NCBI GenBank assembly: GCA_965235115.1
Contig: OZ249447.1
Span: 9,672,001 to 9,736,000, forward strand
From: Laetmonice hystrix
Taxonomy: Eukaryota
Direction of reading: 5' to 3'
DNA length: 64,000 nucleotides
Made by a program: the position numbers and the translations under genes. The notes beneath the pieces were generated by a model, which had not been told where the DNA came from, did not search any database, and saw only the letters and a program-made list of their open reading frames with translations. This document shows, piece after piece, positions 37,537 through 51,654 of the stretch; within the stretch, counting starts at the first letter, position 1; every line of letters starts with the position of its first letter.

Positions 37537-40500
37537 CGCTGACGTTGCGGTAGCAGTCGAAAGTGATCACCCACACATTCCGTCATCGGGGACTAGTGGA
37601 CAAGTAACGCCAGCGTTAATATGATGTGGTAGATAGAAGGCCTCACGTCCCCAGGGCCCAGTTTACTGGGTGGGGGGGAAACAGAAGCGAAACACCAGGG
37701 CCCCAAGGCAGCCATGCTCTGCAGGCATAATCATAAATGAATAGATAGAAGGTAGTTGAAATGATATGTGACGTGCATTGTACGGTTTTAACCGCCGGGT
37801 ATACAGCGCGTGCCTACTCCTGTCTGTCCCCCATCCCTCCCTCTCTGCCACCCTCCCCCCTCTCTGCCACCCTCCATCCCCTGGCTTGTCAGTTGGTTCA
37901 TCCACGGCGCACTGCCGATGTGAATGTACATTTGCTCAGCGTCGTCAGCACGTCTTTCCGCACGTCTTTCTCTGCTGCAAGAAGCAGAGATAATTAGACG
38001 GGAGTCGTATTTTAATTCCGAGTTAATCCGAGTAGTGGAATTATTTGGTTTGTTTGATGTGACCCTTGACGTCCTTGAGAACGTCTCATGTGGCAAGATG
38101 GAAGTCAAGTCGGACTGTGTGGAGCGCTCGCCGGTCGTCCACAGGGTCCAGGCGGCCACACTGATTAGCCGAAACAAAGGCGTGTGTATACTCCAGGCAC
38201 TGTTAGCAGACTTTCCTTGCTTTTGAAACATTCTCGAGACGAACTAAGAATTATGACATTGAACCAGACCTCAAAAGGCAGGTTTTCTTATAGAAATAAT
38301 TACAAGGTCATATTCAGAGACTCGCTTGCATGTTCACAGAAGGAGTGCGTTCTGTCTGAGGAGAAAGGGGTTGGGGAAAGGGGCGCAGGAGTCGGCGCGT
38401 TGGAAGGCAGACTCCACTCAATTCTCTTACCCTGATATCGTTATTCATTGAGACTCTCGCTTGTAAAATTAATCAATATGAAGCATGGTTGAAATGGTAC
38501 TAATTAGCTTGCCGAGACGGGACATATATGTGTGGTCCATCCTTGTTAAGTAACAATGAAAGGCCGTTGGCACACGGCAAGTCTAGCCTTGAATCGATTG
38601 GGATATGGTAGCAGAAAGGGACTTGCCTTGGGCATCTGGGACAATAAACACAGCCACTCTATATCTGTCCCGTAATTAAAGCGTTTTTCAATGTAATGAA
38701 AACCGTACCCATTACAAAATTCTTATCTCTATTTTGGCGGAAATATCACGATAACTGCATGCATTTCATTTCAATGTATCGTTTCCAATACTGTCTGTGA
38801 CTGATCGAGGGAAGGACGTCAAACGACATTGTGTATGTAATATATCAAATGTCATAATGCTGACGTAGGTAGTGTCGCCCCTTTAGTTATACTATACATG
38901 GATTACGAGATGGTAAGCGATGGCATGTTAATAGACATTACAATGCAGGTGCAGCTGGTGTGCCTAGTGTCATGTGCTTGATTAGCTGGGTAAAGTCAAC
39001 ACAAGTGATGAATGGAACTATTCATCTTGTACTTGAGCACCGGTATTACGTCTCTTAGTCTATGTAATATCGTTAAGGAGGTGACTATCAGCATTATATC
39101 ATGCTGCCGTATCGGTTTTATTTCTCATACGGCGGAATCTGCCGATGTCAGGTCGCCATAAAGAGAAGTGGAAATATTTTTATCAATAAAAATCCTTTGG
39201 TTCTCATTTAGCAAGACAACATAAAGGTTGCGTTCATCAAGGCTTTCCAATGATTGCTGCCAGATTTATGTCCCCAGAGACGAGTGTTCTTAGCTATATC
39301 ATGTATAGGTCATCAAGGCACGAGGTCAAAAAGGTATGGGGCCAATTACAAATCTAATCTTACCTGCGTTGATACATGTGACTGATACAGTATCAACCAT
39401 GGCCAGACCTCAGGGTTTCATGCCGGTTTATGGTAAAGACATGGATATCTTTCACCTCAGCCAGGTGCTGATGTCAACTTTCTGTGTATTACGAAATCTC
39501 ATACAATATCAACGTTATAGTGTTACGCCAAACTGAACTGTGCCCATTTGATTTCACATAACCGCTAGCAAGCAGGTTACCTGGGCAAAATGTCCTTGGG
39601 TTTAATCTCCTCCGTTCTTTTGGCAACGATGAAGTGGCGCATATTAAGGTGCCTCCTTGTATGGCACAGATGTTTGGAAATGACCTCAGACCTAACCTTG
39701 GGGTTTACAATATCATTAGTGACTAACTGGGTCATTCCATAGGTTTAACATCTACCCTACTTCTAGTATAGTATAAAGGATGTCAGGTTTGAACACTAAT
39801 ATGTATTTTTGGAAGGATTCTTACTTGATATACCCACCTTATTTGATGGAGTTTTAATGTTAGATATATTTATTATCGATTGACCTGGCAAGCGTACTTG
39901 AGACGAACCGATAATCCTATCGCCAATACCGTTTTGGCATGACATGCACTGCGTATTTGAAGTTATCGGGTATGTAGAAGAAAACATTTAGACTACGGAT
40001 ATATACCTGTGTACAGATAAAAGACGTCACGGTGGCTGTTGAACTCGGAGGACTGGAAGACGGGGCGACCTAAATTAAACCTGATGGATCAAACGTCGTA
40101 CTAAAACTCCTCAAAGAGTTTCATCTATAAATTACTGATGATAAATAGTACATGGAATAATGTCAATGGTACACGTCCCATCAGTGACAGCCATTAGCGT
40201 GGTCGGGCCACCTGACTCCCACCCAGCCTCCTCTTGAAGACGGTACTTGATGGTGGCTGGAGCCATGGCCGTGGAGCATGTGAAAGAGACCGGCAGGCCG
40301 ATCAAAGGTTTGGGGAGTATAGAAAGATATATGAGTGTCATGGCCTGGCTCCACCTGCAGGTGGAGGTTTGTAGTAAATCACACTTGGTCAGAGCAACCT
40401 TTCTCTATCTGACACCTTCCCGTTAACAAGGAGGGCAGTAAAACGTAACGAGAAAATCCCATCTCGAGAAGGCCATTCTGGCGAATTCCTTAGTTGGCTT

Positions 40501-43500
40501 CGGAACTGACCTCGTCTGCAAGGAGATTACTACGATGAAGGCGTCCTTAAGATAAGGTCGCTTTGAAGTACACGCAGAACTTTGTTTTCCAATGATCATA
40601 AAGAAACGCTAATGCATGTTTCTTTTCGCAGCTGGTTCCCTCTCCACATCGCCAACTACATAGTCCACTGTACATCGCCTGCGGGTATTGGGTCGTGTCG
40701 ATCTATACATATGCGACAAGGCAACTTCCACAAATCCGCAGGGGATAATCTAAAGCAGTACATAAAGTTAACGGTATGTTAGGCTATTCTTGTATGGAAA
40801 AACAGACCCCCCCCCCCATCCTGCCCGGTCAGCCAGGACACCGTCCAATTGCAAATAGTTCGCGCCGTACCAGTCAGTCACTGACTCCGGCCTAGATTTT
40901 CACAATACAAAAAAATAATGGGGGAGGGGGCGGGCAGATTTAGCGTACAGTCTGTATCCTGATGGTGTTATTTACTGATTGTACAGACAATTGGCTGGCG
41001 GGGATGAATGTTATGATGACAAGCGTTGTTTACCGCTGCTACTGCTGTAATAATCTCATTCTGGTGCATTTTGTGTACGAGACTGGTTACCCATTCCTCC
41101 TACCCTTATGTTAGGCCCCAGGCCTTTAAACATGGGATCAAGATCAGCTCTGCGTCATGTTAGAATGGTATAGCTCCAGCATAAAAGGATAAGTGCCTCA
41201 GAAACATATAGTACATGGTTGTGTGATGTCCGTATAAGTCTTCAATGCCTGGATACACATCGCTCACAAAGCTTGTCATCCTGTTTGTGTCGGATACCAA
41301 TAGATCCAGGAGACATATAAAGGGATAACATCCCGGTCCTGGGATTTATTGATAAAATGGCCGTAAGTAGATTTAACGTATTCCGATAGTATTGACCATA
41401 TTTTGTCTGCCGTATGAACTGGCCACTAGGGGAGCCCTGGAGCCGTGAAATCCGGGGTGCTGTCGGATGAGGCTGACACGGGCGTCGTACATCTTTGTGG
41501 CCCACTGATCCGATTGGCATGGCTTGTTATCCCCTATAGGATCAGACAAGTTGTGGTCTCACTGTAAGCCATGCAAGTATTCTGTCCCAAGTAGATGTGA
41601 AATGACCGCCATGGTTCATGGCTTTGTGTGGTAAGATGGCAGTCAGGTGGAAAAATCGTGTTTTCTACAGAGTGGGGTCGGAGACAGGGAAAGTCTGCTC
41701 AAGTCGAGACCCGAATGTGAAATGATCACTTCTGTGTTATCTTATCTTGATCAAGCAGACACACGTCAGAAACCATGTCTTTTCTGTAGATACCACCAAC
41801 TAATAATATCCAGAGATATCCCGGGCCGGGAATAGCCTTAACAAGTCACGCTTTATACTAGAACTGGTTTGAAAAATTAACATTACCGTTTCTAGAGATA
41901 ATCGAGATACTAGGTTTCTGCAACTTTTAACTTGGATGTGAGGTATTCCTATATATAGAACAGACGAGCGGCCTCTATGAAAGGACATTCCTTCAAGCCA
42001 TAAGCGAAGATGTCAGGGACCCTGTGAACGATTAGGTCATCATTTTGAGTCACAAAGGCTTGGCCCGTTGTTGATTTGACATAAACAGACAGGTCATTCA
42101 TTGCGAGCTATACGTTAACTGGTCTCCTAGCTCCCATGGCCTGCAAACCGTTGTTAGCGGCCTGCAAACCTTTGTTATACGGCGCCCTGGTTGAATCTCC
42201 CAGTCCCGTACACCTGCGACCCGCAGCTGGAGGTCTTGTCGTGCTGGAGGAAGGGCAGGGGGAACCGTCAATGCTGCCTTTATTCACCGGCCGCCGGCCT
42301 TTTTCGTCATCGCCAGATTGTTTTGAATTTCCAATGATGCGCCGAGGGGTGTGGAGGCAGTGTGAATAATGACAGGATCAGGTCTTACTTATTTGGAAGT
42401 GGTGAGGGAGGGTAGGAGATTATTTCGTTTACATTTAGCACTGCTGAATATGTATGGCTAGACCAATGGACTTAGCATAATACAAACACTGTGTCACGGG
42501 CCCCGGGGAGAACTGTACTAAGTACGGTCCAGGATCTACTGAAGATTTAACAAAGCCACGTTATCATTTTCACGCTATACAATAGATATTAGACTGCTTT
42601 TCTACTGCTCGAACAACCCACATCCGGAATATGGTGGTCGTCTTTAGGTTAAAATACCTCACGTTCACTTCGTATCTGTCTGTTACAAGGATATATGACT
42701 GTTGGAATGATATCTGCATGTTATATATGACTGTTGGAACGATATTTGGTTCCTTTTATAAAATATTATATGATTGGAGGTCATATTAAGTTAATTTGAA
42801 GTAATGATCTGAAATTTGTATTTCGAGTGTCGAGTATAGTTACAGTTGTTTACAACCTCAACCAGTGTGTGCCACAGTATTCATTGAATGCCGAACTGCC
42901 GCGGTGACTTGCTAAGTGCATATCCCTGCAGTCAAGCCGACGATTGTTACCAACTCAGAACATGAAGGCACAATAGGCAATATTATTATGTGGGCTTTAA
43001 AACAGAAAAAATAAATGTTGATTGTCAAGTGGTGGGGGGATGGTAAATAAGAGAAGAGAATGTTTTAGATTACTATATACTTCATATGCTACATTGATTA
43101 AATTCAATATTGTATATCAAATTAATCAACTCTGAGAGAAATCCCACCATTGCAGAATCTGTGCATATCGAGTGGAAGGAAGTCTAGCTCACGAGACGAG
43201 CATATCCTTTTGACAAATAATACATCATCCTCATCTTAAGAAGCTATAATATAGGTTGTGTGCCATGAAGGAGCCAAGTCTTTGATGAGAGAATATAGCC
43301 ATACGTACGGCATTATTCTCTATACAATGTAAACTGACTGTGCGTAGGCACAGCTCGCTACACCCACATACGTTACCGTGTTTGGTCATGTTTCGGATGG
43401 CACATGGCAGATGTACTTAATCATTCAGTAACAGTGATGTCAACTTTCATTGTATACATGTAATACAAACGGTTTCTCTACTGAAACAATGGGTGGGGTA

Positions 43501-43826
43501 AGTAGAAGATATAGGAGAGGTTTCCTCAGTGCAATCTTTTAAACTCAAGCTCATGTTCTCACACTGACAGATGAACTTTGTTCATACTCGAGAAGAAATT
43601 ATCCCTGCTCATCCAGACTTGAACCATCCCCACACCTTAGGTGGAAAAGCCGGCACAAAATCAACCAGCAAGTGTACGAGCCAACGAAAAAAAGGAGACA
43701 TTTCGGCTCTCATGCTTGGTTGCATACACGGTGCTGGAGCGGCAGGGAAGGTGCGATATTTTGGCCCGTCGTAGCGTGGAGGATGCCATCCAACCCTCTA
43801 GCCTCAGCCCCCTCCCTTTCCCCCAG

Positions 43827-43989
43827 GCGCCAGGGATCTTTCCAGGCCGCAGCGTTTGGCACGTTGAGCGCAGACTTCCTGGCCTGTACGCTCACTGCCT
43901 CCAGAACTCCCGCCGACTCGAGGCGTCATCTACTACAAGGCCAGTCAGCCGGTTCCTTGAAGACTTGCCATTGGCTGCCTACGATCACG
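43827..43989 (+). CDS. Weak candidate internal exon (163 nt)
   Basis: Acceptor ccctccctttcccccag, donor cacg|gtgagc; two frames open; peptide not recognised. Confidence 0.22.
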
Positions 43990-46900
43990 GTGAGCACGTC
44001 GGCAAGAGAAGCCACCTGTGCCGTGTGCTTCTGCCGTCGTGCTGGCCTGCTGCTGGAAGCCGACACCTGTGTATGCTCGCTATAACGTCATAACAGCCAG
44101 GTCAGGGCCATGAATTCTTCAGACAGGTTCCTTGACAGGCGCAAGCCAACGCTGTCTGTTTAAACATTTGTCGGATTCCTGGGTGTCTCATGGTGCTCAT
44201 CATTAGCATGATGATACAGCCATTCATAACATCAACTAGGCATGCAGTGAGGTCCGACCCTGTGTTTCATGTCTATTCTCGGCTCTGTGCATTGGTTATA
44301 GGCCTATGTATTAATAAGATGGCCTGTCCGATGGTGGAATAGTGCCTCAGCATATCTGTCGGTGTAGGGAGATGAATAATTTCGTAGATACCAGTTAGAT
44401 TGGACGCGGTGGAGATACGATGGTACAGTGCTGTCTTCGGTGACAAACGTGCACACCATGCCCAGGGGGAGAAAAAGACGGAATTCATTCCTGAGGTTTT
44501 ACCTCAACTACTTCCACTGCACCCATATTTCATGGATAGTCTCTCAGCTATATGAGAGAAAATATTAATCTTGCTCCACCCTCCCTTGAAAAACACTTTT
44601 TCCTGATGCTTGACTATTGGTTATCAATGGCGTTCGCCGTCGTTGTTCGCATTTAAACAAAGAGGATTGGCACTAGCCGACATGTCGACCGCCGACCCAC
44701 GGAGCCATCGATCATACACGTTTGTGTCTAAGTATGGGCCTACTCAGGGAGTTGCTTAGCACTCAAGTGGGGTTCATCCGTGCCATTATTACCTTGCTGG
44801 TCGCTGGGGTTCTCTCCCCCCGGGCCGATCATACATCAATGCTACCAGCAGGATTTCCGCTGCATCGTCTTTAGTTACTGTGCATGCCACGTATGTGGAT
44901 ATTTGACGAAGTGGGTATAGATGGGGAGGAGGGGACAGGGAGTCTATCGCTGGGAGACTTGCACCTGTCACGGTGCTGGCCCAGTATAGGGATGGTGATG
45001 GCAGTGATGCAGGTGACACGAGCACCGCCCCCCCCCCCATGTCATGGCGGCGGCGTCAACAGACGCGCGTCTTACTTCCGGTGCCAGGAAGTGGTGGCCA
45101 CTGTGGAGGCAGAGTCGGCGTCCGCGGTCCAGTGGTCGGTCCAGTTGTCGGTCCGTCGGGAAGGCAGGCTTCTTCCACTGTGTCTTTGAAGTCGCCATTG
45201 GTATTTTGTTAGAAGTATAGGAGGCTTTATTATATTGGAGGACATCTTTCTCTGCCTGCGTTTTGAAGGGACGTGACGATTAGGGGTTGGAGGCATATAT
45301 CTCTGATCATTTTACTGTAGGCGGAGCCACCCTTCCCGAAATAAAGTGGAATAAATAAATGAAAAAATCAGATAACCATGACATGATTTCATACTACTTT
45401 TGAGGTTTATTATGTCCCCTTTTTATGTGTTTCTGGTTATTATCGCGAGTGCCTTGTTGAGGGTGTGAAATAAGATGTGTCCGAGCGCGAACCTAAACCC
45501 TGAACTCCATTCTCGACCTATCAACAAGGGCCTGCCATATCGCCAGTCACTATGCTCCGACTGATTGATCCACTTGATTCCAGTGATTTTTTAACCGTGG
45601 ATTTATCGTAGATGTTATCACCGACACGCTATTGGCATGTCGTACCGCCGCTCGTTGTCAGCCAGTATACATCCGTGCATGCAATGGTGACATATTAGAT
45701 AGGAGCTGGAGTTGGACCAGAATGGGTCAAGGTGGCCGCCCGGGACGGCTGGGCAGACCTATTGTCATGCAACGCCTCGTGCTCGAGCTGTGCAGGAGTT
45801 CCATACGGAGGGTCCAGTTCCTCCAGTACATTGCACCAACGTTTTCTTGGGATGCAGACTCAGGTCCCAGCCGGTCCGCCTCAACACTCCCGCACGTGGA
45901 CAGATTGCGGTTAGGTCTTATTTACTATTCTCCAAACGTTCCGACGGGCCACTGCCTATTACAGGCGTGGTGATTGTACGACCCACAACACTCTTTCCAG
46001 AGACCGTAAAAACGTCGACGGGACAAACTGCGAATTCTGAGATACTAAACCAGAGTGCGGTATTTTGGGGTGGGCGGCAGGAAGGCGGCGGTAGTTGGGC
46101 TGGATAATTTTATGTCAATTTAGTGTCGCGTGACATTCATTGGGTTGTCACATTATTGATCCTTTCACAATTGAGCGCCAATCTAGCGTCAGTAATGACA
46201 CAGGCGCCTTCTGACTTCTAGATTGTGTTTACACGTGGACCGTGATGACAGCTCCATGTGAGCTCAACCTGCAATGCCTCACGACCACACTTTTCATACA
46301 AGGTGGATTAAGCCTTCATCTATGGAACAAATCCACGCCAGTCTTTCTGAGTGAACATGAACATGTTATATTGGACCTATCTCATGGCTGGACAGCTTTA
46401 TAGTTGAGTTGACACGGATATTTCCGGCGAGGGAGGAAAACATATACTTGGTTACCGACAAAAGGGTGTTTATAAAAGTGGCATTGACGGAGCGACATCG
46501 CCTGGGGACCTGACGAAATCAGCCGTGTTAACACGTCGAGCTATCATTTACTCATCCTCGCCTCGCTCTCACTACTACCACCGACAACGGAACGTCAAAC
46601 TTTAAATCATTCTTTTTGTTGACGCGATAAGCATTTTCTTTTTCGTGACGCCATATCCGACCAGGAGCCTGACGCTATATGTGGCGCCTATAGCTAGGCA
46701 TGGGGAACGATGAAAAGAAAAAGAAATGAAACAGTGCCGGTGTTGATTTGGATAAATGTGCTCCTGTTTTATTTATTAATCTAAAGTGGTTGTGCTTTCG
46801 AAATACTCGCTTTTCACGTCCCGTGATTTCCATATTATCAACTGGAAGCTGATAATTATATCCAGCACAAAATGAAATGTAGTGAATTCAAGTCGAGAGA

Positions 46901-49900
46901 AGGCCGTATTCAGCAGTCACGAATGCCTCAAAATCATGCTGTTCGGAAGTCATCAAAATGGTTTGAAACAAGTATTTCTGTTCAAGAGTAATAATGGCTC
47001 CCCAGTGGGAAATACATGTAGGCTTTCATAAGGAACCGTTGCGTGATTGCCAGCATTGCCAAGCCCCTTGCAGCGAATTGATCAATGATGTATGCGAATA
47101 GCCAGTGATTGAACAACTAAATGTTAGTTATCTCATGAATGACCATATCGACCAACAATAGGTCCAATTTTTTCTCTCCCGGCCACAACCACGTGTTTGA
47201 GACCAGTCAGAGCGCATGCGCCAATCAACTATTCAGACGTCATTTGTCGAACATGCGATATGTGTACTGATACTGGAAATCGCATTAAATCAAACGGTGT
47301 CCGACGCATACCTTTCAGCCAATACATTATTTTTAGACTCATCTTTAGTTACACAGCGATTTTTATTAGATAATCTGAAACTAAATCCAGGTGGTTCATT
47401 CAAAAGGCGCGTTGTAGAAGGTGTCCCAAATAGGCAGCCATAGACCCCTATCCATGTCAGCTATCGCGTGTTGTTGCATAGATCATTAATAGTATCTGTT
47501 CTGACAGACATGAATGAATGTGTTATTTTCAGTGCTAACAATATGGAAACACACAAAGACATGCATTGACAGCTTGTGCAAATGTTTTTATCTTCAACAC
47601 TGGTTTCAAAGGAGGTCGGTCACGACTCTACCTGAGGGTCTTTGTGAAATTAGAAACCTTCAGATCAAAGATGTGTAGGCAGGTGGTAGGCACAGATGAC
47701 GTTATTCATATTTTGGTATTTTCTAAATTCAAACCATCTGCTTAAGAACCAACCCTTTTCGAAACGTTAGCTCCATGGTTGTAGTCGTATAATATAATGT
47801 GATTATTTTCGACAGCTCTAACCGAGACCCATTTGTGCACGCCGTTACTCTGAATTCCCTTCTAGCAGGGCGTGAGAGCGACTGGCTGAATACGACAGTG
47901 ATTAACGAGGAGTGGCCCCAACACCAACATCCTTCTTCTCGGTGGACAGTTACCGTCAGTTTCGTTTGTGTGGAGAAATGGAAAAAATGCATGGAATACA
48001 AGGGTCCGTTCATTGGACTGCCTGCCCTGACAAATTCTCCAAACGGGGATGTTCAAGAACAATGAGACCAACGTTGGCATTGGTCGCCAACGGTGGCTCT
48101 TTGTAAGATTGGTGTCTTTGGAGTTAGTCGCCATTGAAGTAGGCTACAGGAGCAGTTTTGTATAGGCGGGGGCCAAGGCCGGACCATTGCTGGGATTGCT
48201 TACTGGATCGATACATCAGACAGCTACAGAAACCACTCGCCATTCTCCGCAATTGGCGACATCTGATGTCGTCACAATGACGCTGACCTCGCCGAGACGT
48301 GATGCATCACGTGATCGTGCGCCTCGCTAACAATGGCGACCCGACACCGTGTGTGTGACGCCTGTCGGGGACGCCGGTTGTGTCCAGCGTCCCCGACACG
48401 TGGCAGCCCCTCCATGACGCCACCTCTCCCCACACGTGGCGCCCTGGTTGTGGGACCTGGAGGATCTGGACGTCAGCCTACCAACAGTTTGAGCGGGACA
48501 GTCTCCCAGCCGGCCCGAGCTCAATGCACGTCTCGTTCTGTGTCAGACCCCAGCCTGGAGGCTGTGTCAAACCGGCCCCATGGCTCGCCACTCGCAGACC
48601 GTCAGCTGAGAGCCTTTCATCGCATCATAATCGCCGACATAATCACCCCAATAATTATAACACACCGACCAGCCTGACCAGAAAACCTAATAGTTTGGTC
48701 ATTAATGCACTTAATTATTTAAAGGCACAAGAATGTGTACGAGTGCAGTTGGTTGCCGATTAATCAGTTATAATATTTTTATTTATAATATTTATTTATT
48801 TGTTTTCGATATTTCAGGTTTTGGTTTATAAAAACACAATTTTCATCTTGAATGAGCACATTCTGAGGGGATGATTATATACTGAATGATACTAAATACA
48901 ATGACGTAGTCCGGTAACTGATACTGAGACATTCAGTGTTTGGGGGTTTTGTTATGTCCATGCGATCAGTGTAACTTGTAAGAGGCAGTCTTTGACCGAG
49001 TCCCCCAAACACGTCAACATCGCAGCAACATTTTCATATTACCATCCCGTTATATCACTACCTGCCTACCGTCAGTAAGTGGATGCAGTTTACGGTCTTA
49101 TTTATCAAGTCGTTGATTGCATACAATCTCTATAACTTCATGCTGCAAGTCAGTTCCCCTGAGACAGTCTGCGATTGGTGGGGTCACGTTATGGCAAGCC
49201 CGTTGTCTAGTTTGTTGATCTCACTGAGGAGGGAGGAGGCATGCGGAGGAATCTGTAGGGCTGCCTCCCGAGACCCAGCGGACAGACTGACGACCAAGGT
49301 GGTACCGCAGGTAACTTTGGCTTCTGTGAGACTGGCCCGTGTTGGCTGTGCAGCAGCGGGGGTGCTAGCCTGGAGCAGAAATAGCAATGGGGTCGAGGGT
49401 CAGGCTGAGGTTGGGGGGATGGGGAGCCGGGAGGGGGCAGCTTCCTTTAACCTCTCCTCAAGCTTCCCGTGTATCTTCCGAGAACGAAATGCCGTCGCGG
49501 GGAGGAGAAGTTTGTCTTGTGGCTCTCAGTCTATAGTAGTGATGACGGCTCGTTTGTGGAGGGAGTGTTGGACGGGTTGGCCACACTGACATCTAGCCGT
49601 ACCTCCCAACGGCCTCGTACGCCACGGCTAATAGCACTACCTTCAAGAGTGATGGTGTTTTAGAGTGGCGCCCTGGGATGTGAAAAGGATACAGTGCTGT
49701 AATTGGTTGCGGGGAAGGCAAGCGAGGCTGGGCGCTGGTATTGTATAAGGCCAGAGAACTCGGAGGGCGTGACAGGCGTTGCGTGGCATATTGCTTCCTC
49801 GATGGCTTTGTTCTTTGGCTATTAGTGAAAGAGCCAGGAGGTGGTGTGGCCACACTATCGGCGGGCGCAGGGCGATCCATCAAAACGTTTCATACAGGAG

Positions 49901-51244
49901 AAATCAGGGTTGAAATGAACATGACGGGAGTCGGTCTCGACAACCATCAGCGTCTGTAAGGGCCCTGGTTCAGCTCGCACAGATCAATGTCGGAGCTAAC
50001 GTGGCTTGATCAACAGGACGGTGATATATGCCGACCCTCAACCTCTGCCGTTCTCGGCTCCCTTTGCCGCGGGAACAGCCCCCCCCCCCTCCCCACCACC
50101 ACCACCACCAGGCCGTCTTCCTCCGTCCCGCGCCCGGCTGTCCGGTGGAGGACAGACCGGCAGACAGTGGCCGCAAGTCGATGATAACCCGGATGGACGG
50201 ACCGTCACGTCTCCCGCCGGACCTAGCGGCTCCTCGCCCCGCGGTCCTCACGACTCCACGACCTGTCGTCGTGGACACGTGCACAAGTACAATCGCTAAG
50301 CTCTTTCACAAGACGGCCATTGAACGGCAAGCAGTGTACAAGTTCCGGGTTCTGTTAGCCACCGAACAGTCCACCTTTCGCCTACCGAAGAAAACTCCCT
50401 AGTATAAACATTCTATTCTATAGGCCTTGGACGTGGCCTTTACTATCAACTACCGACCTACATACCAGGATTTCAATGATAGATTGGGAAAAAAGTTTGT
50501 GTCATCGTGAAATGCGCAGGTAATGTCGTCATGTTCAGTGGCCGTGAGTGAAAGCTTTGCGAAATTACTGTCAAACAGACTGGCATTTTGAAATGATTGC
50601 CCACAACGGAGAAAATTTCATAAAAAAAATATTGTATGGATTCATCGCCGTTGGTGTGTTAAAGCAATTACACGTGTGATTAAAATGTTTGCCATGGGAC
50701 CAGACACAATAGCCTTAGCGTTTTGTTTTCAGATCCGTCAGCAGAACTGTCGGCTTGAAAACGGTGACGTGAAATAATAAGAAACTGACACAAACATATC
50801 ACCACATTATTCATGATACCTTGGGGAATGATTACTCACATTGGGCATGTCGGAACGCTCCATAAGATTAAGTCAATGCCGGTTTACCGTAATTACAAGC
50901 ACACAGTACGGTAACGTATCGGCCTTGAGGGCAAGGTCAACCCCGCCTCAAGTCAAGGCTTCCCGCGTCAGGTTTTACTTTAATGGTTCCACCTTTTAGT
51001 ACCAACCGAGTTAGCCGGAAATGAACCCTTTGAAAGCAGTGAACAGCGCGGGCATGTACACAGTGGATGAAACCTCGTGATTAATACGAGAATCTCGGCC
51101 GTTCTCGCCCAACCAGCCACAGTCCCGCCTCATCCACCCCGGCCCTTCCCGCCGCTGTGAAAGGGTGGAAGAGAAATGTGGCCCTTTTGTACTCTTTCCT
51201 TAGACATGACGGTGCTTGTCTAAATGAACCGGATCGCATGGACC

Positions 51245-51654
51245 CGATACGCTGGCACTAGATGAATACGATACGCCAGCACTAGATGAATACAATACGC
51301 TGGCACTAGATGAATACGATACGCTGGCACTAGATCAATACGATACGCCAGCACTAGATGAATACAATACGCTGGCACTAGATGAATACGATACGCTGGC
51401 ACTAGATGAATACGATACGCTGGCACTAGATGAATACAATACGCCAGCACTAGATGAATACGATACGCTGGCACTAGATGAATACGATACGCTGGCACTA
51501 GATGAATACGATACGCTGGCACTAGATGGATACGATACGCTGGCACTAGATGAATACGATACGCTGGCACTAGATGAATACGATACGCTGGCACTAGATG
51601 AATACGATACGCTGGCACTAGATGAATACGATACGCTGGCACTAGATGAATACG
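51245..51654. repeat. 24-bp minisatellite, 17 copies
   Basis: Unit gctggcactagatgaatacgatac from 51251 to 51635, with variants gccagc and tacaatac; source of the (RIHLVPAY)n ORF. Confidence 0.98.

Noticed and set aside
37358-37624. PolyQ (and antisense polyL) protein
   Set aside because: The ORF starts within the 64-bp array and has no splice or homology support; it is a microsatellite by-product.
2889-37797. AAATTGGCGGC (2889, 5727) versus its complement TTTAACCGCCG (37787) as evidence for mirror copies
   Set aside because: Many 11-mer matches are expected by chance across 64 kb; only the short-range 12-mer pairs were kept.
47907-48005. EEW...EKWKKCMEYKG resembling the C-terminus of Tc1/mariner transposases
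   Set aside because: There are only a few matching residues, with no DD(34)D/E core or TIRs nearby; not distinguishable from chance.
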